This document shows, one piece after another, positions 1 to 11,959 of a DNA stretch of 64,000 bases. The notes beneath the pieces were generated by a model that was given only the letters and a program-made list of their open reading frames with translations, had not been told where the DNA came from and ran no database searches. Both the position numbers and the translations under genes were made by a program. This stretch comes from Callorhinchus milii (lineage: Eukaryota), in contig NW_024704742.1 in NCBI RefSeq assembly GCF_018977255.1, forward strand, positions 43,898,001 to 43,962,000, read 5' to 3'. Positions within the stretch are counted from its first letter, which is position 1; every line of letters begins with the position of its first letter.

Positions 1-335
1 CTTTCAGCAAACTGTCGAGCCCCAAAAAGGCCATAAAATTGAACTCTGAGCTGATTATATCATTAGGAGATCCAAGTTAAACTTATGACAGTTTTTGTGT
101 CAACATCAGATGCCCCAATAGATGAAGGAGATAACCTTGAAGGCACACCACAATTAATTCACCTGATGTTTAGTTAACTGTGGATTACCAAGACTAAGAA
201 AAAATGGTAGCTGCACACAAAGCTACTAAGAATTGAATATTAAACAGAAAATTTGGATACCTTTCAGCAACACCTTAGACTATTGAAGGTCTGCCTGGTT
301 TTCCAGACTGTGGTTCCTCAATGCAAATCCCACAT

Positions 336-1772
336 ACAACAACAAAATTACATTTAAAGAGCGCCTTTCACGTCGGGAGGACATCCCAAAGCGCTGAACA
401 GTCAGGTGTTGGGGCTCGAGCATAGGGGAGGGATGGTGTAGGTGTGAAGGAAGGCAGAGAGGTGGGAGGGATACCAAAGGCACGGTCGAAGGGAAGGGTC
501 TTGAGACCGGCCTTGAAGGAGGCAAGGGAGGAAGCAAGGTGAAGAGACTGTGGGATGGAGTCCGAGTGTGGAGGCAAAAAGGCTGAAAGCCTGGCCGCCG
601 ATGGTAGGGTGGGTCGGACCGGAGACCTAGAGCAGGCCGGTGCCCGCTGAATGGAGGGAGCGGGCAGGTTGGTAGGGAGTCACAGGTCAGAGAGGTAGGA
701 GGGGGCAAGGCCATCCGACAAGGATTTTCAACTCAATCTTCTGGGGGATGGGGAGCCAGTGGAGTTGGGTGAGGGTGGGAGTGATGGGGTCACGGAGCCT
801 GGTGGGTGACAGTACACAAGCTGCAGAGTTTTGGATGATCTGCAGCTTGTGAAGGGAAGAGTTGGGAAGGCCAATGAGGAGGGAGTTAATCGAGCCTTGA
901 GGTGACGAATGCATGGGTGAGGGTTTCGGCAGCCTGAGGGGTGAGGCAGTGGCGGAGTCTGGCAATGTTGTGGAAGTGGTGGTAGGCAGTACCGGTCATG
1001 GCGCGGATGTGGGGGAGAAAAGAAAGTTCAGGGTCAAACAAGATACCCAGGTTCCTGACTGGCTTAGTGAGGTTGAGTGTGCAGCCGTGGAGGCTGATAC
1101 TGCCAGTGCGGAGGTGCGGAGACGCTGGTGTGAGCCAATCAGGAGAGCCTTGGTCTTGCTGATGTTGAGTTGGAGAAAGTTGGGCCTCGTCCAGGACTTG
1201 ATGTCGGACAGGCAGGACACCAGTAGTCCTGGAGTTCAGGGTGGAGGCAGAGAGGTAGAGTTGGGTGTCATCCACATACATGTAGAAATTTACCCCATGT
1301 CTGCGGATGATGCCACCAAGGGGGAGCATGTAGAGAGGGTGAAGAGCAGGGGCCCGAGGACAGAGCCCTGAGGAATGCCGCACAAGATGGTGCGGGGGCT
1401 GAAGGAGAAGCCGTTTGCTGAGACGAAGTGGAGGCGGTGTGAAAGTTAGGACCTGAAGCAGTCAAGGACACAACTTTGAAGGTTGAGGTGGGAGGAGAGG
1501 TAGTGGAGGAGGATGAGTGGTCCACGTTGTCAAAGGCAGCGGAGAGGTCGAGGTGGACGAGGAGGTAGAGGGAGCCCTGGTCACTCATGGTCAGGATGTC
1601 ATTTGTGACCGGGACCAGAGCAGTTTCCGTGCTGTGGGCAGCACAGAAACTCGATTGGAGGGGTTCATGGAGGGAGTGAGGGGAGAGGAAAGAACGAAGC
1701 TGGGCAGCAACGGCTCTCTCAAGTTCCTTGGATAGGAAGGGGAGATTTGAGATGGGCCGGTAGCAAGATAGC
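336..1772 (-). mobile_element. L2-clade LINE, 5'-truncated, frameshifted RT
   Basis: [32 protein letters not shown] and LHWLP motifs; 3' stem-loop and (TTG)n tail at about 336-400. Confidence 0.93.
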
Positions 1773-1989
1773 TGTGATACTTTGCTTGCAACCTTTTGGA
1801 CTCCTATAATCCTTCAACATAATCATCATCAACTTCAAAGGACAAGGGAAAGGAGGACCTTCTGGTCCCAAATGCAAGAACAGGATGTTGGTTACCAATA
1901 TCAGCTGCTTTATTCTCTGCTGATATTTATATCTTTGAAAGAGAATTATTATTCAGGTAACAGAAATGCAAAAAATGTCAAAAATAAAG

Positions 1990-2190
1990 TAATAAGTAAT
2001 AATAATAATAATTCTTGCATTTGATCTAGCGCCTCATCACGTCGTTGAGACATCTCAAAGCACTTCACAGACAGCCAACTGCACACAGCAGTGTCCCATA
2101 AACACAAATAATTTGATTTAGTGACCAAATAATTATTTTTTTTTGGAGGGATTATTACCCCGGAAAAGCAATCCACCAACTGGGCTAATA
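1990..2190 (-). mobile_element. Deu-type SINE, partial
   Basis: (TAA)n tail, gggacactgctgtg Deu core; matches 37552-37877. Confidence 0.8.
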
Positions 2191-2511
2191 AAAAAAGGCA
2201 AGTTAATTTCTGCATCTATCAATTTCTGGCCCTCGATTGCAATATAGAATCCTGACCTATACCTTAGTCTAAACTTGTAGCATTTCAAGATCACAGGAGT
2301 TAGAAAATTCTTAAATTAATCTTAATTTGGAGATCCTAAAAAAAACCTAAAGAAAACTAGATTATGCACACTTTGAATACTAAGAAAATAGAATAAATTC
2401 AGATCCAGAGGTAATTCTCCCCCAGATTTATTTACATGCCATGTTTACCTCAATAAATTTACCTCACACTTCAAGTTTCATCAATTTTCAACCATATTTT
2501 ACTGGACTTAC

Positions 2512-2586
2512 CTTTTTGGCAGTGCAGGTAATTTAGGCAAGAAAAGGCTTCCTTCTTCATCCACTGAATTAAATGATGAGGTTGCA
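2512..2586 (-). CDS. ANAPC4: ANAPC4 coding exon
   Basis: ttttcag|TGCAAC...AAAAAG|gtaag; ATSSFNSVDEEGSLFLPKLPALPK; 75 nt; phase fits the previous exon. Confidence 0.92.
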
Positions 2587-4573
2587 CTGAAAATTTGTAA
2601 AAACAGTATTAAAAACATTTTGCTTTATCGAGTACTGCATGTCCATTTTCGCCTCTTTACAGTGCGATTCTTTCAGGCATCTGTACTCTCTCCCACTATC
2701 TCTGACGGCTTGTTCGCAAATTCTCAATATTACTCTGCTCTGCAAACACCAGTGTCTCAAATTCAATCCACCCAACCCCAGAATTCCTATTAGCCATTCT
2801 GCCCTTGCTCTCTGGAACTCCACAGCAACACAGGAGCAGGCCATTCAATCGTGGCTGATCTGTAACTCAACTCAAATTACCCGCCCTTGCCCCATATCTC
2901 TTGAAACCCTTCCATAAAATTATCAGTCCCAGAATCCCTCCACTTAGCCCCCTCTCTTCCACCCTTCAACCCATTTTTTTTTACTGTGCATCTGGTCATA
3001 TGCATATGTCACAAGGTTGGGATGCAAGTCTCATTTTGGAATTTTCTCTTCATATTCTCGGATGACACTCCAATACAGTGTTGAGGGACTGTTGCATCGT
3101 TGGAGGTAATGTTAAACCGAGATCCTGTCTGCCTGTTAAAGTGTACATCAATGATCCTGTGGCACTATTCAGAAACAGTAAAAGGAGTTTCTCCTGAAGT
3201 CCTGGGAAATAAACACCCAGAACAAACTGGTTATTCACTTCATGGCTGTTTCTTTCACACATTATTGTAAATGCAGCAGGTATGACATAGACGATTATGT
3301 TATAACAATACTTCTCCGTACCAACAATGGTAACTATCAGGCACATTGTTTTAATACCAACAATGAAAACATTAAGTGAAAATGCATGTGCATTTTTTTT
3401 TAAATACAGTTGGGCTAACCACTGGCCAATTCGCTGCATAACAATAGCACATCTGCAAAGGACCTTAAAAATGTACAGAATTAATTAATATCTTTGAGAT
3501 CCATCTGAATAATAACCCGAGACTATGTCTCATGTCCATCAATCAACTTCTTCAAATTTCCCCCTAAATGTGCTACTACAAACTGCCTTCATCACCCCAA
3601 TCAGTAATCTACTTCACAAGTGCAACTCTCGCTGTGTCTTTTGATCATCAGCCTGTGTCATTGTTGCTTATTATTTTGACCATGTAAATATACTATTAAG
3701 GTTCAATTCATCTATTAGATACCATTTGTATAATGAGGGTGATTCATCCAATAAATTGGAATGGAAGGGGTTGGGGAAGAGAGAAAATAACCCACTGATT
3801 CGCTTATGTTTTAACTCACATAAAATTTTTTACAACTGTAAATATTAGAGTGAACACAACGGTTATAAATCCTGCATTTCAGTGTACGGTTACCTTTGCT
3901 GATCTGTCACCTCGGTCCAGTGCATACAAGTCACAACATTTTCCAATGTAAAAAAATGCAGAATTTCTGCTTTTTCTACATCACACAGTACAATTCGTCG
4001 AGTATCTGCAAGACTAAAGGCCAAAACTGTTGGGGGGCAGAAAAAAAACAAATTATTACAATATGTTTTTATTATATAGTTTATACAATTTTTACTGTAT
4101 ACAATTTAAGAACCTTTGATTGGTAGGTCGTAGAAACTTTGAATTTTTACTCTACCTTTTCCATCAGGCCTCCACGCTAATGAGGTTACTTCTTTCCCTG
4201 TGTTTTCATTAGGAGCCAAACTCCACACACGCTGAAAGTGGGCAAGTCGGTGAAGCAAAACCTAAAAATTAAATAACATTTTCTTATCGTATTCCATTCT
4301 GGTATAAATAGTGGATGGCCCAGTTCTACAACTGACCCAACAATATTCACTTTATTTCTAATCAATTCTATGCTGTGTTTTGTGACAATTTTGTTTTGCA
4401 TGTAAGGCATTATATAAATGCAAGTTATTATTGGTATTAATAATAAACCAAAATAGATCCATTACCTCTCCAGCTTTGTTAGCAAGTGCAATAAGGTCCC
4501 GTTTAGGGGACCACACCATACAAAGTATTTCATTGGGCAACTGTTTCTCCCCAACCTGTCGAAAAGCTGGCAT
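2512..4573 (-). CDS. ANAPC4: ANAPC4 (anaphase-promoting complex subunit 4), N-terminal coding part; join(complement 4466-4573, 4156-4261, 3894-4026, 2512-2586); gene continues beyond the left edge
   Basis: Spliced translation MPAFRQVGEKQLPNEILCMVWSPKRDLIALANKAGEVLLHRLAHFQRVWSLAPNENTGKEVTSLAWRPDGKVLAFSLADTRRIVLCDVEK...LPKLPALPK matches the recalled vertebrate APC4 WD40 N-terminus. All junctions are GT-AG and in phase. Confidence 0.96.
3055..3255 (+). mobile_element. Old SacSINE1/AmnSINE-like DeuSINE remnant
   Basis: gttaaaccgagatcctgtctgcc...gatcctgtggcactattcaga...ggagtttctcc; similar to 29700-30100. Confidence 0.6.
3894..4026 (-). CDS. ANAPC4: ANAPC4 coding exon
   Basis: ccaacag|TTTTGG...CAAAG|gtaac; LAFSLADTRRIVLCDVEKAEILHFFTLENVVTCMHWTEVTDQQ; 133 nt. 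Confidence 0.95.
4156..4261 (-). CDS. ANAPC4: ANAPC4 coding exon
   Basis: ttttag|GTTTTG...AAAAG|gtag; VLLHRLAHFQRVWSLAPNENTGKEVTSLAWRPDGK; 106 nt. Confidence 0.95.
4466..4573 (-). CDS. ANAPC4: ANAPC4 first conserved coding exon (exon starts 4583, ATG at 4573)
   Basis: Acceptor tttacag|AATCGCCATTATG; encodes MPAFRQVGEKQLPNEILCMVWSPKRDLIALANKAGE; donor GAG|gtaat. Confidence 0.95.
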
Positions 4574-5099
4574 AATGGCGATTCTGTAAATAAGGGAAAA
4601 CAGCAACAGTTAGCATTAGGCCCTAAGATTGAACACCAACACAGAGCTATCAACCTTGGTTCAATGTCAAGAATGACACTCAGAATCAGGAAGAACAATG
4701 CACATGAAAAACTCCTTTACACAAATTGTCACAAATATGAGAGATGTGCTGGTTGTGCTGCAGAGGGTTAATGTAATGCTTGCCTTAATACTGGAGTTCC
4801 AAAAATGTCAATGGCTTGATACTTGTGTGTAAACATGTTCCAGACTTTCAAGAGCTAATTTGCAAACATTCTTTAAACCATTAATAATTAAAGGATGTTT
4901 TAACATACAATGCTAATGTTTTGCCTGCAAAAATATAATCACTGTGAATTCTGTGAAGCATTTTGAGATGTCCTCCTGATGTCAAATGCGAGGATTATTA
5001 AATGTTTGCTGGTTTGGAAAGTCTACATGATCAGGCTGGTGAACCTAGACTGTTATCCACCAGAGAGACGAAGGGCTTTGCTTCTCAGGGCCAGAGTTT

Positions 5100-5660
5100 G
5101 GCACTCTCTCTCTCTCAGGTCCATTGTGTTCGCGTCTGACTCTCACTCTCGTTCACAGTGACTCTGTTGCTGTCTCTCTCTCTCTCTCTTTGTCTTTCTC
5201 TCTGTCTGACTCAGTCTTAGTGTATGAGTGTCTCACTCTCTGTGCTTCTCTTTGCTTCTGTCACATCTGTTTGTGTCTCTCACTCTGTCTCAAGTCTGGA
5301 TGTGTCTCTCTGTATATTTCTATGTGTGTCTCTCTCTGAGTTTCACTCAGTTTGTGTCTGTGTGGCTCTCGCTCGCTGTATATGTCTGAGTTTCACTCAG
5401 TTTCTGTGTCAGTGTTTCTCTCTATTTTATACACAGTCTGTGTTTCTGTGTCTGTCTGTGTGTACCTCTCTGTCTCATTCACATTCTGTGTGTATATACA
5501 ATATATGTATATTAGTGTGGGTACAGTATATGTATATAATCTGCTCTGTGTCTCACTCACAGTCTGTGTGTGTGTGTATACAGCATACTAGTGTGTGTAT
5601 GTCTGTCTATATACAGTATATATTAGTGTGTGTACAGTATATGTACATAATCTAGTCTGT
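5100..5660. repeat. (TC)n/(TG)n-derived low-complexity tract
   Basis: Direct inspection. Confidence 0.85.
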
Positions 5661-5679
5661 GTCTAGGTACAGTATAGAT

Positions 5680-6240
5680 TGCAGAGAGCAGAGCAGAGAG
5701 CCCAGCAGTATGAGGAGGGAACTGAGGTGGAACAGAGTGAGAATTCTGCTAAGGAATTTGGTGAGAGTGGGAATTCTTCAGCAAGAGAGATACCAGAGAG
5801 CAAGAGAGGTACCAGAGAGCAAGAGAGGTACCAGAGAGCAAGAGAGAACGCTTTCATTCAGAAGAGTGGGAAATCTTTCTTGAAGTAGAGGCGACCTTAC
5901 ATGTAAGCAGGCAAATAAGTCAACCATAGGCCAGATGTTGGGGATTTAAAAGTCAGCTGACCAGTCGAAACTATGTGAAGTGGAACAGAGCGCGAATTCT
6001 GCTAAGGAATTTGGTGAGAGTGAGAATTCGGTGCAGAGTGAGAATGAGGTATAAATTATAATTATAAAATATATAAGTTATATTAAAATAATATAAAACA
6101 TGTCTGGGAATATGGCAGGGCAGCTGAGACTGGTTGCAGGCACAATGTGTGCCATGTGGGAACTCCAGGATCCTTTGAGTGCCCTGGACAGACACGTGTG
6201 AAGGAAGTGCCTCCAGCTGCTCGAGCTTGAACTCAAGAGT
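5680..6240 (+). mobile_element. CR1 LINE 5' UTR and ORF1 start
   Basis: 5' segment with a 19-bp tandem unit shared with 43010-43320; ATG at 6112 gives MAGQLRLVAGTMCAMWELQDPLSALDRHV*RKCLQLLELELK, a decayed CR1 ORF1 zinc-finger/leucine-zipper start. Confidence 0.7.
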
Positions 6241-8180
6241 GTGTGTGGATGTGTGTGTGGATATATGTATGTAAGTATGTACAGTGTGTGTATGTAAGTA
6301 CAGTGTATGTCTGTATAGTGTATGTGTGTGTGTGTACAGTGTGTGTATGTATTTACAGTGTGTACACATTTACAGTGTGTATGTATTTACAGTGTGCATG
6401 TACAGTCTGTGTACCTATGTACAGTACAGTGGGTGTGTATGTACAGTGTGTATATGTATGTAGTGTGTGTGTATGTAGTGTATGTATGTACAGTGTGTAT
6501 GTACAGTGTGTGTGTATATATGTACCGTGTGTGTATCTACAGTGTGTATGTATGCACAATGTCTGTGTATGTACAGTGTGTGTGGGTATGTACAGTGTGT
6601 ATGTATGTACAGTATGTATGTATGTACAGTATGTATGTATGTACAGTGTGTGTACCTATGTACAGTGGGTGTGTATGTACAGTGTGTATATGTATGTAGT
6701 GTGTGTGTATGTAGTGTATGTACAGTGTGTGTGTATATATGTACCGTGTGTGTATCTACAGTGTGTATGTATGCACAATGTCTGTGTATGTACAGTGTGT
6801 ATGTATGTACAGTGTGTATGTATGTATAGTATGTGTGCATGTATGATTAGTGTGTGTGTGTGTATGTACAGTGTGTGTACATACAGTGTGTGTGTATGTA
6901 CGTACAGTGTGTGTATGTATGTATATATGTGTATGTAGTGTGTGTGTATCTATGTACAATGTGTGTGTGTAGTGTGTGTATGAATGTACAGTGTATGTGT
7001 GTACAGTGTATGTGTGTACAGTATGTGTATGTGCACAGTGTGTGTGTTTGTGTGTAGTGTGTGTGTACAGTGTGTGCATGTACAGGGTATGTGTGTACAG
7101 GGTATGCGTGTACACGGTGTGTGTGTGTAATGTGCCTGTATCCAGTGTCTGTGTGTGCAGTGTGCACAGTGTGTGTACAGTGTGTGTGTGTAATGTGCCT
7201 GTATCCAGTGTCTGTGTGTGCAGTGTGCACAGGGTGTGTACAATGTGTGTGCAGTGTGTGTATCCAGTGTCTGTGTGTGAACAATGTATACAGTGCCTGT
7301 GTGCCTGTATCTAGTATGTGTGTGTGTACAGTGTGTACAGTGCCTGCGTGTGTGTATCTAGTGTATGTGTGTGCGCAGTGTGTACTGTGCCTGTATCTAG
7401 TGTCAGTGTTTGTAGTGTGTGTGTGTGTACAGTGTCTGTATGTGTACAGTTTATGTGTGTGTACAGTGCCTGTGTGCCTGTATCTAGTGTCAGTGTATGT
7501 ACAGTGTGTGCGTGTACAGTGTATGTGTGTGTACAGTGTGTATGTATAGTGTGTGTATCTACAGTGTGTGTATCTACAGTGTGTATGTATGTACAGTGTC
7601 TGTGTGCGTGTATGGTGTGTAAGTGTACAGCGTGTATGTACAGTACCTGTGCGTGTGTACAGTGTGTGTACAGTGTATGTACAGTGGGTGTACAATGTGT
7701 ACTGTGCCTGTATCTAGTATATGTGTGTGTACAGTGAGTGTGTGTAGTATGTGTAGTGTGTGTATAGTGTGTGTGTACAGTGTGTAGTGTGTGTGCAGTG
7801 TGTGTGTGCAGTGTGTGTGTGTGTAGGGTGTGCAGTGTGTGTGTAGGGTGTGCAGTGTGTGTGTACAGTGTGTGCAGTGTGTGTGTGTGTGTAGGGTGTG
7901 CAGTGTGTGTGTGTACAGTGTGTGTGTGTGTGTGTGTGCAGTGTGCGTGTGTAGTGTGTGTACAGTGTGTACAGTGTGTGCAGTGTGTGTGTGCAGTGTG
8001 TGTGTAGGGTGTGCAGTGTGTGTGTACAGTGTGTGTACAGTGTGTGTGTGCAGTGTGTGTGTGTACAGTGTGTGTAGGGTGTACAGTGTGTACAGTGTGC
8101 AGTGTGTGTGTGTGTACAGTGTGCAGTGTGTGTGTGAGTGCAGTGTGCAGTGTGTGTACAGTGTGTGTGTGTGTACACAG
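6240..8180. repeat. ~1.95 kb compound (TG)n-derived satellite (units GTGTGTACA, GTGTGCA, TGTA) in ANAPC4 intron 1
   Basis: Direct inspection; longer internal duplications (about 6410-6600 vs 6650-6815); explains the spurious HT-rich and CV-rich ORFs. Confidence 0.97.
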
Positions 8181-8210
8181 TGCTCCTCACTCCCTCCTTC
8201 ACTCCCTCAC

Positions 8211-8400
8211 TCACAGTTGGTCTCTGGGTCAGGAGCCGCCATGCTGAATACGAGCTGCGAATCGGACCAATCACAGAGCAGGCATTGTGACGTCGCTCCA
8301 ACAACCAGCCAATGGCAGCGAGAGAGTGCCCCTCGTCGCGCGTGCGCTGTGTGACCCCTTGCTGGGGTGGGGGGAGGGGGAGGGGACTGTGTGCAGTGTC
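8211..8400 (-). promoter_or_regulatory. ANAPC4: ANAPC4 promoter and probable exon 1 (CpG-rich, TATA-less)
   Basis: Local CpG enrichment; two CCAAT boxes (8267-8271, 8309-8313); CRE-like TGACGTC (8288-8294); G-rich GC-box-like tract near 8365-8385; YY1-type ATGGCGGC at 8242-8235 on the minus strand, followed by donor ACT|gtgagt after 8215. Confidence 0.75.
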
Positions 8401-8589
8401 CTGGTTCACAACAACAACAACAACAACAACATCACATGCATTAGCAAATCAAACAAATACAAGTAGACTGAGAATTTACGCCTTGAATTCGGATTGTTGC
8501 TGAAATTTATTCAATACCCTTTCCCTTAAATGAATGCAAATAACTTAATATAACATAAATTCAATATTGTATCTAAGCCAAACCGTCTT

Positions 8590-8850
8590 CGGTTCACGGG
8601 CGTCCCGCCACCGGCGGCCGCACCTTCAGCCACTACGGCCTGAAACGCTGGAACACCCTCCCTCTCTCCCTCCGCCATGCCCCTTCCTTCCCCTCCATCT
8701 TCAGGTCGCACCTGAAGACCTTCCTCTTCAACGGTGACGAGAGTCACCTCCCCCCCCTCCCTCCGGCTCGGCGTCGTGCTCCGTCACTGTCAAGCGCTCT
8801 GGGACGCTGCCCTGCGTGGGGTCGCTATATAAATGCAAGGTGTCGTCACA
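8590..8850 (+). mobile_element. L2 3' fragment, CpG-rich
   Basis: ggcggccgcaccttcagc...tggaacaccctcc...ctgaagaccttcctcttc, then an L2-type tail. Confidence 0.75.
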
Positions 8851-8879
8851 CTTAAGAACCCTTATTTTTGGAAATAAGA

Positions 8880-9310
8880 GGGGTAAAAAGATTATACGAT
8901 AAAAGGTTAGCGGGTAACGTTAAAGGGAATCCTAATTTGTTTTACAAACCTATCAAGAAAAAAAGGTGAGTCAAAGGTAGGGTGGGGCCAATTAAGGACC
9001 AAGGGGGAAATCTTATTGTGGAGGCAGAGGGCATGGCTGACGTACAGAATGAGTACTTTGCATCTATCTTCACAAAAGAAGTGGATGCACCAAATGCCGC
9101 AGTATCAGAGGAGAGGGTAGAGGAAATGGATAGGATGAGTATAAACGGAGAGGAAGTACTGAAAAGGTTGACTGCGCTGAAGGTAGACAAGTCGCCCGGT
9201 CCGGACGGGATGCAGCCAAGGTTACTATGGGAGGCATGGGTTCAAATAGCGGAGGCTTTGGCTACAATTTTTCAATCTTCGTTGGACACAGGAGTGGTAC
9301 CAGAGAACTG
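8880..9310 (+). mobile_element. CR1 ORF2 fragment
   Basis: GPIKDQGG...NEYFASIFTKE...[17 protein letters not shown]...IFQSSLDTGVVPE. Confidence 0.92.
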
Positions 9311-10071
9311 CAGTCGAGGGAGCAGGTGGTTGACTTCATGGAGGTTACCGTGTTGAAGACAGAGGAGGGGTTGACAGGTTTAAAATGATAGCACATCAGG
9401 ATTTATTTTGGTTACACTACAGCAGGAGTACATTCAACTATTAGCAACTATTAACTAGCAGTAAAAAAAAGTCCTGTAATTGAAAGGCAGTTTGATGTAT
9501 CTGGGTCCTTGGTATCTGAAATATAGAGACTTATTTTCAAATCATTCCATGCTATCACAGCTTAGCTTCATCTGCTGTCACACTGCACCAAAGATGTGAT
9601 TTTTAAAATATCTATTTTTTAAAAAAAGACACAATTGTTTTCTTCCCATCTTCCATGAATGACTGAAATGAATTTTGGACGTTAATGTTATCACTCTTGT
9701 AGTGTGTTTGACTAAAACATAAAAATTATAAACAAAAATATTAAAATCAGAATTTGTCCCGAAAACACCTTAACCCTGCCAAGAACTTCTCTGCCAAAGG
9801 CTCCTTTATTCTGTGTTATAACTCTTAAAATATTGGCACCGGAATCACAATAGAACAATTTATGACTACTGTATTACTCATTTTTCCAGTTGTAATCCAG
9901 TTGGCAAGTTCATGTGTCACTGTTGTCTGGTCTATTTATCTCTGTCAAATTACCACATTTGCCTCTTTCTTGGTTGCTACAAATTTCAACTGCCCCCAGT
10001 GCTGCTGACCAAACAAGACAAAAATTTGCTGAAGTTCAGCTGAAGGCAGTTTAAGCTCAACCTGGACTGAA

Positions 10072-10842
10072 CATAAGAGCATAAGAATTAGGAGCAGGAG
10101 TAGGCCATTCGGCCCCTCGAGCCTGTGCCCCGCTATTCGATAAGATCATGGCTGATCTTCTGACCTAACTCTAATTACCTGCCCTATCCCCATAACCCCT
10201 AATCCCTCTGTTTTTTTAAAAATCTATCAGTCTCAGCCTTGAAGATGTTCAAGGACTGAGCATCTACAGCCTTCTGGGGTCGTGACTTCCATAAATTCAC
10301 TGCCCTCTGAGTGAAGAAATGTTTCCTCAACTCTGTTCTAAAAGGCTGACCCTTAATTTTAAGACTGTGACCTCTGGTTATAGATTCTCCTACCAGGGGA
10401 AACAGACCCTCAGTGTCTACTTTATCAGCCCTTTAAGAATCTTATATGTTTCAATAAGATCTCCCCTAATTCTTCTGTACTCTGGAGAATACAGCCCTAG
10501 TTTATTCAGCCTATCCTCATAGGTCAGTCCCCTCATCCCAGATCCCTTTCCCCACTTGACACACTTTGCTCATCTCCCTGGTTAATCTGCTCTCCCACTT
10601 TTATCGGCCCTAATTTTAATTGTGATGGATTACATGTGATTGAATTTACCCCCCCCACCCCCCCCCGCCCTTAGTAGTTTAAAGCCCTGTCTACCTCCCT
10701 ATTTATTCGTGTTACCAGGACATTTGTCCCAGCCCTGTTTAGGTGGAGTCCATTCCTTTGGAATAGCTCCTGTCTCCCCCAATACTGGTGTCAGTGGCCT
10801 ATAAAGTGAAACCCCTGCCCTCCGCACCATTCTTTTAGCCAG
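10072..10842 (-). mobile_element. CR1, internally deleted: 3' end (10072-10540) plus ORF1 SGNH-esterase C-terminus (10670-10842)
   Basis: cataagaattaggagcaggagtaggccattcggccc CR1 3' end; minus-strand WLKEWCGGQGFHFIGH*HQYWGRQELFQRNGLHLNRAG. Confidence 0.82.
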
Positions 10843-11959
10843 GTATAAACATGTCACTTTAGAGCTAATTCCCCGGTTTGGTACAAACTATTACACATTA
10901 ACTATCTGGAGACCAGTATAGAGAGGGTACAAAGATCAGAAATGATTTGGTCTATGATTCAGATTGAAAAGAAGTGCTGGCTGATCTTGTTCAAAGTTCT
11001 AGGTTAAAATGCATACACGTTTCCCAGTAAAATGTTCAGCCTCAAATTTGTATTTATTTTCTCCATAGTTTCGTCATTTTTTCTATGCCAGAACCCTTTA
11101 CTTCTCTTTATTTAATTTTCTGTTTCTATTATCAATATCCATCTTATTTATCTCTGATTCTTAGATTCATCCTCTGATTTTTCTCTCCTTTGCTTTTATA
11201 AATCATTTTGTCTGTCTTTTAAACCTCATGAAGGTGTTTAATAAGTTTAATCCCTCTATCACCCATAAAACTCAAACAACAATAGACTGTCTGCAATAGA
11301 ACAATAACAGTGTGCATTTATATAATACCCCTCACACAGGGAAGCATCCCAAAACGCTTGACAGTGGTGCAGCATGACTCTGAGCCGGGGGGAGGTGACC
11401 CTAGGCACCGTCGAATAGCAAGGTCTTCAGGTGCGACCTGTCGAATAGGAATGGGGAAGGAATGGGCAAGGCAGAGGGATAGAGGGAGAGCGTTCCAGAG
11501 TTTCAGGGCATAGTGGCTGAAAGCATGACCTACAAAGACGGAACGGAGGGCACGGGGGACATGCAGAAGGCTGGAGCCAGTCGAGCGGAGGCAGTGGGGT
11601 TTTGGTTGGGGGCTAAGCAGGTCGGAGAGGTAGGGAGATGCCTGGGCATGAAGGGATTTGAAAATGAGTGTGAGGATCTTGAAATAAAGAGGAGGGTGTT
11701 AAGAAAACAAAATATTTTTAAAAAAAATTAAATATCCACTTAGGTGAAATATGTCAGGTATCTTTGGAACTGCTACCAGCATTGGTTATTACCTTTAGAA
11801 GATTAAGGGAGAAAAGCAGGAGGAATATTAAAAATGTATAATATTCAAAAATATTTGAAATACAGCAACTTGCATTTCTGTAGTGCATTTTTCATAGAAG
11901 AGTGTTTTGAAGTGCTTAATAATGATGGTGTCGGGTATTGAAGCAAGGGAGAGCGGAAA

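Noticed and set aside
189..210. Possible next ANAPC4 micro-exon (gcag|CTACCATTTTTTCTTAGTCTTG|gtaat, minus strand)
   Set aside because: At 22 nt it does not encode the expected NYSxTSKIFS-like peptide; the true exon is probably outside the window.
5780..5850. Short direct repeats suggestive of a CRISPR-like array
   Set aside because: Contiguous 19-bp tandem units without spacers inside a CR1 leader; vertebrate DNA with no cas genes.
5971..8409. Long His/Thr-rich and Cys/Val-rich ORFs (up to 282 aa)
   Set aside because: They are translations of the (TG)n-derived satellite, open in several frames on both strands.
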